From a virus (taxonomy: Duplodnaviria; Caudoviricetes): a stretch of 54,849 nt of DNA. The translations under genes and the position numbers were made by a program. Location: the IMG/VR virus record IMGVR_UViG_3300038675_000850, positions 1 through 54,849 of that record; one strand, 5' to 3'. The notes under the pieces were generated by a model that did not search any database, was not told the origin of the DNA, and was given only the letters and a program-made list of their open reading frames with translations. Positions 37,636 through 47,169 of this stretch are shown here, piece by piece (the first letter of the stretch is position 1; every line of letters begins with the position of its first letter).

Positions 37636-38538
37636 TTAATATCCGATAAGAAATTTTCTTAAATATTTTCCTTCATCTGGGGACAGATCCCCAGGGTCTT
37701 TCCCATCTGCTTCAGGAAGTTCAATGAGTTCTGTTTTGACCTTCAGGCTGGCAAGAGATCTTGCGAGACCTTTTGCTTTCTTTTGAGCTTCTATATCCCC
37801 CGGATCAAATAATAAAAAAGCTTGATCCAGATATTTCTTGATACATGTTATTTGTCTGTTTCGATAGGAGGTTCCAAAAGTAGCCAGAGCTCCTTCTCCT
37901 ATTCTCCACACATCAAAAGCTCCTTCCACGATAATACCTTTTCGATCTTTTATGTTTTCTAAACCGTATAGAATATTTTTGTGGAGAACAACTTCCTCTT
38001 CAGGCTTACATGCCATATACCTCAGGGAAGATCTTTCAGTTACATCTCTTCCCTGATATGAAACCAATTTATTTTCAAAAGTAATTGGTATTATTATTCT
38101 GAAATTATACTCCCCTATGGGACCCGTTCCTTTTATTCCCCAGACTTTTTTTATTTCTTCTGGATCGTAATTTCTCTGAAGTAAGTAATTGATATGAATT
38201 TGTTGCAGTTCCCCGGTTCCTTTTGGTAAACTAACACTTTTGTTCTGACGCTTCTTTTCTGATGTATACGAGTAATTAAGATCATCGCTGCTGTACTCCT
38301 TGATTATTTCTTTTGCTTCTTTGTATGAAACTCCCAGTAAAGCTGCTATCAGCTGATCAAGATAATGATGTCCACATCTCCAACAAGCCACCCTGCTTTT
38401 TATGGGATTTACCCCGCAGTGGTTGCTATGATCATCACAGAAAGGACATTGCACGTTGACCCATCCTGGGGAGACATTGGGGCCTTCAGTCCATGCCGGG
38501 ATTCCATAGTCTTGGTAGAGGCGGAGGATATCAATCAT
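37636..38538 (-). CDS. DNA primase (Zn finger + TOPRIM)
   Basis: CPFC..H...CWRC, RIIIPI, YQGR, IVEGAFD, LFD, DPGDL. Confidence 0.9.
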   Translation of the reverse strand: MIDILRLYQDYGIPAWTEGPNVSPGWVNVQCPFCDDHSNHCGVNPIKSRVACWRCGHHYLDQLIAALLGVSYKEAKEIIKEYSSDDLNYSYTSEKKRQNKSVSLPKGTGELQQIHINYLLQRNYDPEEIKKVWGIKGTGPIGEYNFRIIIPITFENKLVSYQGRDVTERSSLRYMACKPEEEVVLHKNILYGLENIKDRKGIIVEGAFDVWRIGEGALATFGTSYRNRQITCIKKYLDQAFLLFDPGDIEAQKKAKGLARSLASLKVKTELIELPEADGKDPGDLSPDEGKYLRKFLIGY

Positions 38539-38822
38539 GCTCCCTCCTTTTCTGCGGCCTCGATGGCCTGTGGATAAATTTTTTCTCTCAACTCGTCATA
38601 ATTTAATAAGTCACCATACCCAAAACCCTCTTCCTGTTCCCAAGAGTCCAAACCCTCCATAAAATCCCGACAATCTTTACACCAATAAACGCTGCTAATT
38701 TCTCCACCATCCGCACTTGTTACATATCGCATTTCAGCTTTCGCAGGAAAGAGTCTTGTACATCCCCAACAATGATGAGGCTTTCTGGTTATGACTGTTT
38801 TTTGTGATATACAATCCATCAC
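38535..38822 (-). CDS. Zn-ribbon hypothetical cassette protein
   Basis: RKPHHCWGC...CKDC; ends QAIEAAEKEG. Confidence 0.65.
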   Translation of the reverse strand: MMDCISQKTVITRKPHHCWGCTRLFPAKAEMRYVTSADGGEISSVYWCKDCRDFMEGLDSWEQEEGFGYGDLLNYDELREKIYPQAIEAAEKEGA

Positions 38823-39147
38823 AGCCCCTCCTTCTCTGCGGCCTCGATAATTTTATCGACATAATTATTCCATTCATCAGCTCCGCAGTTACAATCGTCT
38901 ACAGCTAAATCGTTTGCACATCCATACTCGCTTTTGGGGCAACTATACCAATCGTCTTCACAAGAATAATGTTTTCGTATGGATTTTTTCAACGCCTCCA
39001 GCATCTGAGCCTTCACGGGGTCGGTGCGAAGAAGCTCTTTAATTATCTCTTCAACATTTGGGGGCCCGCTCTATCTTGCAACCAACGTGTGCATGCAACA
39101 ACTATTTTAAATGATATCGTTTTTATTTTGTCATCATGTTCGCTCAT
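38819..39147 (-). pseudogene. Frameshifted cassette gene (MSE...DPVKAQMLEALK...EAAEKEG)
   Basis: Start MSEHDDK at 39147 coupled to the upstream stop; frame breaks at the G5 run near 39060; the downstream frame matches the 17250-17510 paralog. Confidence 0.5.
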
Positions 39148-39458
39148 CCCTTTCCTCCCCTCATCGCCTCGGCACGATCTATTAATTTGCCAACATTGTG
39201 TCTTTTGCCGGGATGTGCCTCTACTACACGCAACGCCCCTATTAACTCATCAATCAGCTTGTCACGCTCGGCGAGAGCCTCAAGCTTGTGGACGCCTTTA
39301 ATAAACTTTTCTCTTAAATATAGAATGGGGGAACCATCATATTTAGGATTGGGTTCTAATAGAACCAGTTCATAATAATCTTTCGTCGAGTAGTCCCGGA
39401 CAAGACAACGCCCTTCGATGGTGTCTACGATATCAAATGGTTTATATTTTCTTTTCAT
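39144..39458 (-). CDS. Hypothetical cassette protein (ERDKLID...RAEAMRGGKG)
   Basis: GGAGG RBS; shares blocks with 17507-17878. Confidence 0.65.
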   Translation of the reverse strand: MKRKYKPFDIVDTIEGRCLVRDYSTKDYYELVLLEPNPKYDGSPILYLREKFIKGVHKLEALAERDKLIDELIGALRVVEAHPGKRHNVGKLIDRAEAMRGGKG

Positions 39459-39469
39459 GTCTTTTCCTC

Positions 39470-39964
39470 CTATGCCATTACAACTTCCGCTTTGACCACT
39501 TCTTCAAAAGTAAGAAAAGCCCCTTGGATTTCTTTGCGCTTCCATCCTTCATTTGTGAAGTAGTTCATCAAGGATCTTTTTGTGATTCTTCTGGGGAGCT
39601 TGTTTGATATGATGCATTCATACATCTCTTTTTCTTTCCCCTTTAAAATTATTTCAGGAAAAGAATTCAGACGGTCTTTGCATACCATAGAGGCTTGAAA
39701 ATATCCCGGATCTGTGGGGATCTCTACAAGACTGGTACGGTAGCTATTCTTGCAGATAGAATTGAGCTTTCTGCAGAGAGAATAACGGAGGAAGTTTTCA
39801 AATGGGCCTTTTGCTTTTTTGTATCTGGAATAAATTTCACAGAAAGCAAGATTTGCCTCTGCTTCCACTTCTTTTGGATCCTGAAAATACTTCTTTGCGA
39901 CAGATCTGGAAATTGCTTTGATGAGCTTCTGATTGTCCCTGTAGGCTTGTTCAATTGATATCAT
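39470..39964 (-). CDS. Putative phage sigma-factor-like transcription protein
   Basis: Region 2-like pattern KLIKAIS...EVEAEANLAF....YKKAKGPFENFL. Confidence 0.55.
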   Translation of the reverse strand: MISIEQAYRDNQKLIKAISRSVAKKYFQDPKEVEAEANLAFCEIYSRYKKAKGPFENFLRYSLCRKLNSICKNSYRTSLVEIPTDPGYFQASMVCKDRLNSFPEIILKGKEKEMYECIISNKLPRRITKRSLMNYFTNEGWKRKEIQGAFLTFEEVVKAEVVMA

Positions 39965-41832
39965 TTTTGATCTCCTTTTATTATTAGACTCATTGAGTCT
40001 TCAAGGTCACCATCATTGATCAGCTTGATGTTGTCCATCTTTGATGCTACTTTTTCGGCTACTTCTTCTTCAATTGTACCAGCGCAGAATATTAGTTTTT
40101 GTACAGCCTTGCTTTTTGCTCCAGCTCTGTGGATCCTTCCGAGAGTCTGCACGAGGTCCTGAGCGGAATTGGTGGGGCTAATTAAACTGACTCTTGGGAA
40201 GTTGCCATTTAGGTCATGAAGAGATATTCCAACTCCTCCTGCTTTGATATTACATAGGATGACTCTCTGGCGGTCTTCCTGGAAGGAATTGATATTATTT
40301 TCTCTTTCAGTGTCCACCACGGTCCCATCAATGATACATTTTGTTTTTAGCTTTTCTGCCAGCGCTTCAATGGTTTGTCTGAAGTTCACAAAGACAGCCA
40401 CAGAATTGCCTTCTTCAATCAAGTCCTGGGCCATTTCAACCATGGTGGGGACTTTCAAGAGTTCAATCTCCTGTCTGGCTCTCAGAATTTCTACAAGAAT
40501 ACTGCTTCCAAGATCCCGTTCTTTTGCTTCCTTGAGTCTTGATAATTCTGTATGCATGGAGTCGTAAGCTCTTTGTATTTTTGAAGCGTTACTATTCATG
40601 TCATATGTATCACAGATGATTTTGTTGTCTGGGAAAGCATCTCCGAGGTCTTTGATCTTTATACGGCTTCCTCTTTTGGGGAAAAGGTCCTCATGAAGTT
40701 TTTTGAACGTCTCTTCTGTTGGGGAGAATTCCACTCCAAACCACCCTTTTGAAACTCCTCTTGTATAAGCCCACCTCCAGAAATCTTGATGATCTGAGAA
40801 AAGACCAATCAGAAGTCCAAGAGAATAGAGCTGTAGAGGGTTGTCTGCTATAGTGGCAGAGAGCGCCAGCGCTTTTGAATCAGTCTTCTGAACAGCTCTC
40901 ATCATTTTACTGTTCAATGTTTTTTCATTCTTGCATCTGTGGGCTTCGTCAAAAATTATGATATGTCTTTCATCCGTACACCAATTATAAATATCTTTTT
41001 CATCGGATGTCTGGGAATAGGTGAGCCAATTGGTTTTCCCGTTTCTGTACTGTTCATAATTTGAGACAAAGCAGGGGATCCCAAAATACTTGGCGGCTTT
41101 TCTCCACGATGGAATTACTGTTTTAGGGGTTATTATGACCGGATAAAGTCCAAGTTTTTTTGCAACAGCCAGCGCCACGTATGTTTTACCTGTCCCTGTA
41201 TCAGAGGCATCCAGTCCAGCTCCATTTCTGAGAACCGATTCAATAAGTTGCTTTGCGTGGGGGACCTGATATTCAAAAAGATGTTCATCTTCAAATTCAA
41301 TATCAATGATCTGTTCTGTTATATGTTCCGCCCGGATAAATTCTTTCTTGTACCATTTTTTCAGCTCCGGGGATATTTCAAAATTTAGAGCCTCAAGTGC
41401 TTGGACAGAGTCCATGGACAGAGGAGCATTCCATGTTTTTGTTTTTCCATCAAACCGTCTGCCAGGAATTTCTTTGATTTTTCCGAGGAGTTCATAAAAT
41501 TCAGATTTTTCTGTCTTGAAAGTTATCTGAATTCTTTCGTCAGAAGACAAATCTGCTTTTTTGAGGGAGGGTTCCGGGATCTCTTTTGACTGTTCCGGCT
41601 TTGGTTCTGGAATAGATGAGTAGTCTACTCCAAGAGTAGAAAGCTGCTTTTGGTATTTCTTTAGCATCTTGTAAGCAGCTTTTGCCTGTCCAAAAGTCAG
41701 TTTTGGAGCATGAGCCAGAGTTTTACCAAAATTAGAATCAAAGCTGTTAAACCCGGCTTTATCTTCAGAGGTAGCTCCATCACAAACCCCTGACAGGCTT
41801 TTCAGAGCGTTATGAATTTCAATGTAGGTCAT
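39961..41832 (-). CDS. SNF2/HARP-like SF2 helicase
   Basis: DTGTGKT, DEAH, SAT, AGGVGISL, QTLGRIHRAG; HARP-like GRRFDGKTKTW. Confidence 0.9.
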   Translation of the reverse strand: MTYIEIHNALKSLSGVCDGATSEDKAGFNSFDSNFGKTLAHAPKLTFGQAKAAYKMLKKYQKQLSTLGVDYSSIPEPKPEQSKEIPEPSLKKADLSSDERIQITFKTEKSEFYELLGKIKEIPGRRFDGKTKTWNAPLSMDSVQALEALNFEISPELKKWYKKEFIRAEHITEQIIDIEFEDEHLFEYQVPHAKQLIESVLRNGAGLDASDTGTGKTYVALAVAKKLGLYPVIITPKTVIPSWRKAAKYFGIPCFVSNYEQYRNGKTNWLTYSQTSDEKDIYNWCTDERHIIIFDEAHRCKNEKTLNSKMMRAVQKTDSKALALSATIADNPLQLYSLGLLIGLFSDHQDFWRWAYTRGVSKGWFGVEFSPTEETFKKLHEDLFPKRGSRIKIKDLGDAFPDNKIICDTYDMNSNASKIQRAYDSMHTELSRLKEAKERDLGSSILVEILRARQEIELLKVPTMVEMAQDLIEEGNSVAVFVNFRQTIEALAEKLKTKCIIDGTVVDTERENNINSFQEDRQRVILCNIKAGGVGISLHDLNGNFPRVSLISPTNSAQDLVQTLGRIHRAGAKSKAVQKLIFCAGTIEEEVAEKVASKMDNIKLINDGDLEDSMSLIIKGDQK

Positions 41833-41842
41833 TTTGGGATCC

Positions 41843-42139
41843 TTAAAGATATTGGTTTATCATCTCATAAACTTCTGCCAGATTATTAGTCTGGAGAAGA
41901 TCTATTTCTGCAACGTCTTCCTGATCATTATAAAGATCAAGAGAGTATTTGTATTCAGGAAATACTTCCCGGTCTTCCACTCTGTCGTAATTGACCCACA
42001 GCTCCAATGACAATTTGTCATTGATTTTCTTTGTCATTCTGACCATCATATCATTGTTACTGCTTTTGTCTATAAATCCTTCTGGTAGAGGAGGAATTGT
42101 GGTTCCCTTGAATATTTCTGATATTTTATCAGAGGTCAT
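41843..42139 (-). CDS. Early hypothetical protein
   Basis: AAGGAGATC RBS. Confidence 0.7.
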   Translation of the reverse strand: MTSDKISEIFKGTTIPPLPEGFIDKSSNNDMMVRMTKKINDKLSLELWVNYDRVEDREVFPEYKYSLDLYNDQEDVAEIDLLQTNNLAEVYEMINQYL

Positions 42140-42152
42140 TTTTTGATCTCCT

Positions 42153-42356
42153 TTATCTTTTCTGCAGAGGATGAATTCCGTTTTCTATCATCCATCTGTC
42201 AGCTGCTTCCATGCATTCTTTTATGGATTTTCTCACGCAGGAAAAAAGCTGTCCGTTTTCTGCTCTGTAATCGTACTGAACCATTTTGACTTTGCGGGAG
42301 GTGAAGAAAACTTCGTATTGTGATTCTCCCTTTTTGATGTCCTTTGGATTTAACAT
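42153..42356 (-). CDS. Early hypothetical protein
   Basis: AAGGAGATC RBS; QYDYR...LFSC motif. Confidence 0.7.
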   Translation of the reverse strand: MLNPKDIKKGESQYEVFFTSRKVKMVQYDYRAENGQLFSCVRKSIKECMEAADRWMIENGIHPLQKR

Positions 42357-42371
42357 TTTTTTGATCTCCTT

Positions 42372-42668
42372 TTACTCTTCTGTTTTTCCGTAAAGCACCT
42401 TTGCGAGTCCAAAGTTTTTTGATTTGTTCTTGGCGTTTAGAAGTCTCAGCCCCCCGTTTTTCCCAATTCTTATTGACCTATATTTAAAGGTCAAAGCCTG
42501 AACTACTGTACTGGGAGAATCCATGTGACTGATTATGACCACATATACGGCCTTTGTTATTTCTGATTCATCTATTGATACAGATTTTATTTTTGATCCG
42601 ATTGAGGTTTCAAACTCTTCTACTCTGGTTTTTACGATCTGAAGTATTTGTGTTTGTTTGGCGTTCAT
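42372..42668 (-). CDS. Early hypothetical protein
   Basis: AAGGAGATC RBS; first gene after the sigma70-type promoter. Confidence 0.7.
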   Translation of the reverse strand: MNAKQTQILQIVKTRVEEFETSIGSKIKSVSIDESEITKAVYVVIISHMDSPSTVVQALTFKYRSIRIGKNGGLRLLNAKNKSKNFGLAKVLYGKTEE

Positions 42669-42700
42669 TTTTTTGATCTCCTTTTCTCTTTATGTATCCC

Positions 42701-42728
42701 ATTATAGCCCCCCGTATAAAATAGTCAA
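42701..42728 (-). promoter_or_regulatory. Sigma70-type early promoter
   Basis: TTGACT-16 nt-TATAAT on the minus strand, upstream of the leftward block. Confidence 0.75.
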
Positions 42729-42730
42729 GC

Positions 42731-42765
42731 GAAAAAATGAAAAAAATGAAAAAAATGAAAAAAAT
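42731..42765. repeat. Tandem G(A6-7)T x4 A-tract repeat (UP element / bent DNA)
   Basis: gaaaaaat gaaaaaaat gaaaaaaat gaaaaaaat directly upstream of the -35 box. Confidence 0.7.
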
Positions 42766-42839
42766 ATTTTATTCTATTATAAGCTGTTTATCTGGCAAAA
42801 ATGGTTTACTTTTTAAGTATTCCCTCCCAATTTTAGACC

Positions 42840-43538
42840 ATGAAAGCTAAATCCCCCAAACCAAAGAAAAAAACAGCAAAAAAGCCTGCATCAAGGTCAA
42901 AAAGATCTACTGCTATGAGGAGAGCTCATAAGGCCAGGAACAAGGATTCCGGACGCTTGAAAATGGTCAAAGAATCTGCGAAAATGCTGTCCATTACTGA
43001 TGCTCTCTTTACGGTTCCCCCGGAAATCATACAAGAACATATAAATGCTTTAGGTAGACCACAGAAATACGATCCGGAGATGTGTGCCAAGATAATCATC
43101 CTCATGGCCCAGGGAAGAACAAAAGAGACGGCGGCCGCGGTTATGGGTATTGCCTACAACACCTTGACTTTGTGGATACGGGAGCCTTCTGATGAAAATC
43201 CCAATGAATTTTTCAAACCAGAATTTTTGACTGCCGTAAAGATTGGAGAAAGTCTTGGGAGGTTGTGGTGGGATGAGCTTGGCAGAGCAAACCTCTACAA
43301 CAAAGATTTCAATAACACCTTGTATATGATGTTTAGGCAGAATATGCATGGATGGACTCGGCGGCTTGAGGGGAATATGGAACTCAAGACGGTAGAAGAA
43401 AAGAAGCTCACGATTACAAATAATACCAATGTGAATATCCAGGGAGATGAAGCCATTGCAGAGATCGCAAGAATCCTGGTTGAGTCTGGTGCGCTCCAAT
43501 CCTCAGTTAAAGACTTTATTAAGCCCCAGACTAACTAA
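42840..43538 (+). CDS. Terminase small subunit
   Basis: GRPQKYDPE + HTH, PEFLTAVK, WWDELGR; precedes TerL. Confidence 0.8.
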   Translation: MKAKSPKPKKKTAKKPASRSKRSTAMRRAHKARNKDSGRLKMVKESAKMLSITDALFTVPPEIIQEHINALGRPQKYDPEMCAKIIILMAQGRTKETAAAVMGIAYNTLTLWIREPSDENPNEFFKPEFLTAVKIGESLGRLWWDELGRANLYNKDFNNTLYMMFRQNMHGWTRRLEGNMELKTVEEKKLTITNNTNVNIQGDEAIAEIARILVESGALQSSVKDFIKPQTN

Positions 43539-44802
43539 ATACATTCCTCATACTCCAACAGCAAAGCAGGCGGCCTTTCTATGGTTGACCTGTCTTGATG
43601 CATTTTACGGAGGAGCTGCTGGGGGTGGTAAATCGGATGCCCTTCTCATGGCTGCTCTGCAGTACGTGGATATTCCAGGATATAATGCTTTGCTTCTGAG
43701 GGATACTTATGCAAACCTTATCAAACCTGAGGGTCTGCTCGATAGAGCAAATGAATGGCTCTCTCCGACGGACGCAAAATGGAAAGGGGATAACAAGTCC
43801 TGGGTCTTCCCGTCTGGTGCTACAATATCTTTTGGATACCTTGATGGTCCAAGAGACCATTTCAACTACCAAGGGGCAGCATATCAATTTGTCGGCATAG
43901 ACGAGGCTGTAGGTGTCAGAGAGAATCAAGCCATCTATCTTTTTTCCCGTATGAGAAAAAAGAATCCTGAGTCTTTCAAGAAAGATCTGAAAAATCTGTC
44001 TTCCTGGAGTGATGAAAAAATAGATCTATTTTACAGACAGTACCAGGCAATACCAATGCGCTTCAGAGCAGCCAGCAATCCTCCCAGACATGAACAGCTG
44101 GCGCGTGGAGCTTGGGTCAAACCAAGATACGTGGATCCTGAGACAAGAGGGGAGTACAGAAGATCTCTCGCAGAGCTTGACGGAATTACCAGGAAACAGC
44201 TTGAGGACGGTGACTGGGATGTTCAGATCTCAGGGAGATTTTTCAAGAGAGAATGGTTTGAACTCGTCCAAAAGCTTCCAGCTCATGAGACATTGATAAA
44301 TAGCGTGAGGTATTGGGACCTTGCCGCCACTGAAGAAGATCCTACAAAAGATCCGGCGTATACTGCAGGGGTCAGGATGTGGGAGGCTGTTGATGGACTC
44401 TGTTATATTGATTCTGTAATCAGAAAAAGAATGTCCCCCAGAAATGTAGAACAACTTGTCAGACAGACTGCTGATATGGATACCAGAAATATGGCAATCT
44501 GTATGGAGCAGGAGCCTGGATCAGCTGGGGTCAACAACATTTACCATTACCAGAACCACATCCTTCGTGAATTTGCTTTTTATGGAATCAAGAAACAGGG
44601 AAACAAAATTGATGAGGCTCGTCCATTATCTGCGAAAGCAGAAGCAGGCCTCATCAAGTTGGTAAATGGTCCATGGGTTAAAGATTTTCTGGATGAGATT
44701 GAGCTTTTCCCTGATGGCAAGTTCAAAGATCAGGTAGATGCTACTTCAGGGGCTTACAACTGGCTTGCGGCAGCTCCCAAAGTTGGAGCCCGATGGCTGT
44801 AG
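43447..44802 (+). CDS. Terminase large subunit
   Basis: YGGAAGGGKS, FVGIDEA, ASNP, YWDLAA, EQEPGS, DQVDA; start uncertain. Confidence 0.92.
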   Translation: MKPLQRSQESWLSLVRSNPQLKTLLSPRLTKYIPHTPTAKQAAFLWLTCLDAFYGGAAGGGKSDALLMAALQYVDIPGYNALLLRDTYANLIKPEGLLDRANEWLSPTDAKWKGDNKSWVFPSGATISFGYLDGPRDHFNYQGAAYQFVGIDEAVGVRENQAIYLFSRMRKKNPESFKKDLKNLSSWSDEKIDLFYRQYQAIPMRFRAASNPPRHEQLARGAWVKPRYVDPETRGEYRRSLAELDGITRKQLEDGDWDVQISGRFFKREWFELVQKLPAHETLINSVRYWDLAATEEDPTKDPAYTAGVRMWEAVDGLCYIDSVIRKRMSPRNVEQLVRQTADMDTRNMAICMEQEPGSAGVNNIYHYQNHILREFAFYGIKKQGNKIDEARPLSAKAEAGLIKLVNGPWVKDFLDEIELFPDGKFKDQVDATSGAYNWLAAAPKVGARWL

Positions 44803-44813
44803 GGGGAGGATAT

Positions 44814-45059
44814 ATGAAATCCAAAGGATACACGAAAGATCAGATGGCAATGATGAAAAGCATGAAGGAAGGGTTCAACAAAGACATGTCTGCAGTTGAG
44901 GCTGTGGCTTTCGTGATCACCTTTCTGATCACCTTCAGGAGAAAAGAAGTTCAGAAGTATCTGATCTGGGCTCTACTCCCTGGGAACATCTATCTTCTTT
45001 ACTCCAAAGGCTTTTTCTCATGGGCCTTTCATTTTATAATTGGAAGGTTTTTTTCATGA
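44814..45059 (+). CDS. Small membrane protein (holin candidate)
   Basis: Hydrophobic segments; GGAGG RBS. Confidence 0.45.
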   Translation: MKSKGYTKDQMAMMKSMKEGFNKDMSAVEAVAFVITFLITFRRKEVQKYLIWALLPGNIYLLYSKGFFSWAFHFIIGRFFS

Positions 45060-45484
45060 AGACATTTCAATCTCTATCTACAATACTTGGCATTCTTCTT
45101 GTTATCGTTCTTCTGTTTTTTCTGGGGGCCTTCGCAGGATACATGATAGCAAAGTATTCAATCGATCCTATTGTCATCCAGGGGGAGACCAAGACAGAGT
45201 ACAAGGTCATAAAGATCCCCGTCTCCCAGGATGATCTTCTACTTGCTTCTCAGTCCCCTATTGAAATAACCGGGAATATGAAGTATGTATGGTCTGAACC
45301 TTCTTTCATTTCAAAGCCAAGAGAAAATTGGTTTGATGTCAAGGCAACTGACGGCTACAAAGAATCCAGCAAATCTTTTAAATTATCATCCTCCTCTGAT
45401 GGTAAATGGAATTACGCTATATATGCAGGTATTGCTGGGGCCGGGGCCTTGGCTGGAATCGGCCTTTACTCTCTTTTGAAATAA
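45056..45484 (+). CDS. Membrane protein with N- and C-terminal hydrophobic segments (lysis/spanin-like?)
   Basis: N-terminal transmembrane segment and C-terminal AGIAGAGALAGIGLY segment. Confidence 0.45.
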   Translation: MKTFQSLSTILGILLVIVLLFFLGAFAGYMIAKYSIDPIVIQGETKTEYKVIKIPVSQDDLLLASQSPIEITGNMKYVWSEPSFISKPRENWFDVKATDGYKESSKSFKLSSSSDGKWNYAIYAGIAGAGALAGIGLYSLLK

Positions 45485-45496
45485 CAGGAGGTCTCA

Positions 45497-45877
45497 ATGT
45501 GGGTGGAAGTGACACTATCGGTTGGAATAGCTCTTATCTTGGGACTTCCTGCTTTCTTTGTTCTGTGGGGAAAGACTCAAGAGACTCTCAAAACTCATGG
45601 GGCATGTATTGAAGATATGAGAAAGGCATTGGAAACCACCAAAACAGAAGCAGAAGGAAGATTCTCTTGTCTTGACAAGAATAATGAAGAACTGAAGACT
45701 TATGTGGCGAGAGAGCTAAAGACCATTAGTGATCTTGGATGGGAAAGAGAGCTTGGGAGTACCAAAAAACTCAACGAGGTCTCTGAGAAGGTCATAAAAA
45801 TTGATTATGCCATGGCCTATATCAAAGAGACCCTTGATAAAATTGATAAACGACTTGAGCAGAAAGATTCTTTGTGA
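45497..45877 (+). CDS. Membrane-anchored coiled-coil protein (holin-like)
   Basis: One N-terminal transmembrane segment plus coiled coil; upstream of the peptidase. Confidence 0.5.
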   Translation: MWVEVTLSVGIALILGLPAFFVLWGKTQETLKTHGACIEDMRKALETTKTEAEGRFSCLDKNNEELKTYVARELKTISDLGWERELGSTKKLNEVSEKVIKIDYAMAYIKETLDKIDKRLEQKDSL

Positions 45878-45891
45878 TAAGGAGAATATAA

Positions 45892-46488
45892 ATGGGCATC
45901 AAATACATCGTAGGATATAATTTTCAGGGAGATAACCATAGCTTCAATGGGAAATCAAGTCCCTGGGTCCAGTGCTTTTCCACTTGCGCCTGGATGCTGA
46001 TATCATACTACACCCCCAAGGTAAAGGCAGGGGATGACAAGAGCCTTGCTATATATCATGATGATGTGGAGCTCTTGGTTGGAAATCCCGGCATTGCAGA
46101 GGATGTGAAGCAGAAAGAGCCATGGATAAAAGGGGCTTCTTCTCAGTGGTGGGATGTTCAGAGAGCAGGAATCACCAAGTGGCTTAATGATTTTGGCGTC
46201 AAAGGCAAAGCCAGATTCAGAGATCAGGACGTTCATTTTGTTGACCTTCCAAAACTCATAGAAGATAAAGGTCCGGTAATTCTTGGGACCAATAAACTGG
46301 GAGGTCTTCCTGGTGGGCATATCATTCTTGGCATAGGTTATGATGAAACAGGAATTTTCTGCAATGATCCTGCTGGGGATGCCAATGAGAGCTACAAGCA
46401 AGGCAAAGGAGACGGGGTCCATTATGACTATGTCAAGCTGAGCAAAGCTATGGGTGATAAAATACGCTGTATATACTGGGAGGTTTAA
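45892..46488 (+). CDS. C39-like (papain-fold) cysteine peptidase, candidate endolysin
   Basis: Q..N...QCFSTC (Cys), GHIILGIGYD (His), CNDP (Asp). Confidence 0.7.
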   Translation: MGIKYIVGYNFQGDNHSFNGKSSPWVQCFSTCAWMLISYYTPKVKAGDDKSLAIYHDDVELLVGNPGIAEDVKQKEPWIKGASSQWWDVQRAGITKWLNDFGVKGKARFRDQDVHFVDLPKLIEDKGPVILGTNKLGGLPGGHIILGIGYDETGIFCNDPAGDANESYKQGKGDGVHYDYVKLSKAMGDKIRCIYWEV

Positions 46489-46489
46489 A

Positions 46490-46804
46490 ATGAATAAAGG
46501 GGATGTTATCGACCCTATTGCTCTTGGTCATCAGGCCATAGACGTTAAGGGTCTCCTTGTTCAACTCGGATATGTAGTTCCGCAGGCGTCTATCGCCAAG
46601 CTGACAAAAATTCCCGCCGAGGTTGAGGCTCAAGTTGAAGCTCTTGTGGCTTCACGAGAGCTTTACGAAACACAGCAGGAGTCCGTGGAGTTTCTGTGCG
46701 AATACTGCGGGGAAAAGAACTCTTCCAATTACAAGAAAGAGAAGTCCACCGGCACGGTGTTCCTTGTCTGCGGTTCTTGCAACAAGGTTGTGGAGGTAAA
46801 GTAA
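46490..46804 (+). CDS. Zn-ribbon hypothetical protein
   Basis: CEYCG...CGSCNK. Confidence 0.6.
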   Translation: MNKGDVIDPIALGHQAIDVKGLLVQLGYVVPQASIAKLTKIPAEVEAQVEALVASRELYETQQESVEFLCEYCGEKNSSNYKKEKSTGTVFLVCGSCNKVVEVK

Positions 46805-47169
46805 TGGCGGTATCCTTGAATCATACTACGCTTGTAACAACGGCATCTACGGCAGACCAAGTTATTTTGTCTGTCACATTTGCGGCGAATACGAACATCA
46901 AAATGCTCGCTCTCGGTTCTTCGTACACGACCTATTCGGGAACAGAGGCCAACCTTGGGCTTGGAAGATTCCAGTATTATGTATCATCTTGGACGCAGAT
47001 ATTCGAGCAGAGATACCAGAATACAGACCTCGACAACAACTGTGGAATGAGCATCCTCCCGCTTGGTTCGGGCATAACAATACCATCGGGGAACCAGTTG
47101 AGGGCGATATGTACGCCTGCCTCGACCACTTCAATGAGGTGGCCTGCTTCAATCTGGGGGGAATACTGA
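46804..47169 (+). CDS. Ser/Thr-rich beta protein, paralog 1 (putative virion decoration)
   Basis: Clear paralog of the next ORF (LVTT..ADQ, TEA.LG, NTDLDNN, ICTP...S.RW). Confidence 0.6.
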   Translation: MAVSLNHTTLVTTASTADQVILSVTFAANTNIKMLALGSSYTTYSGTEANLGLGRFQYYVSSWTQIFEQRYQNTDLDNNCGMSILPLGSGITIPSGNQLRAICTPASTTSMRWPASIWGEY

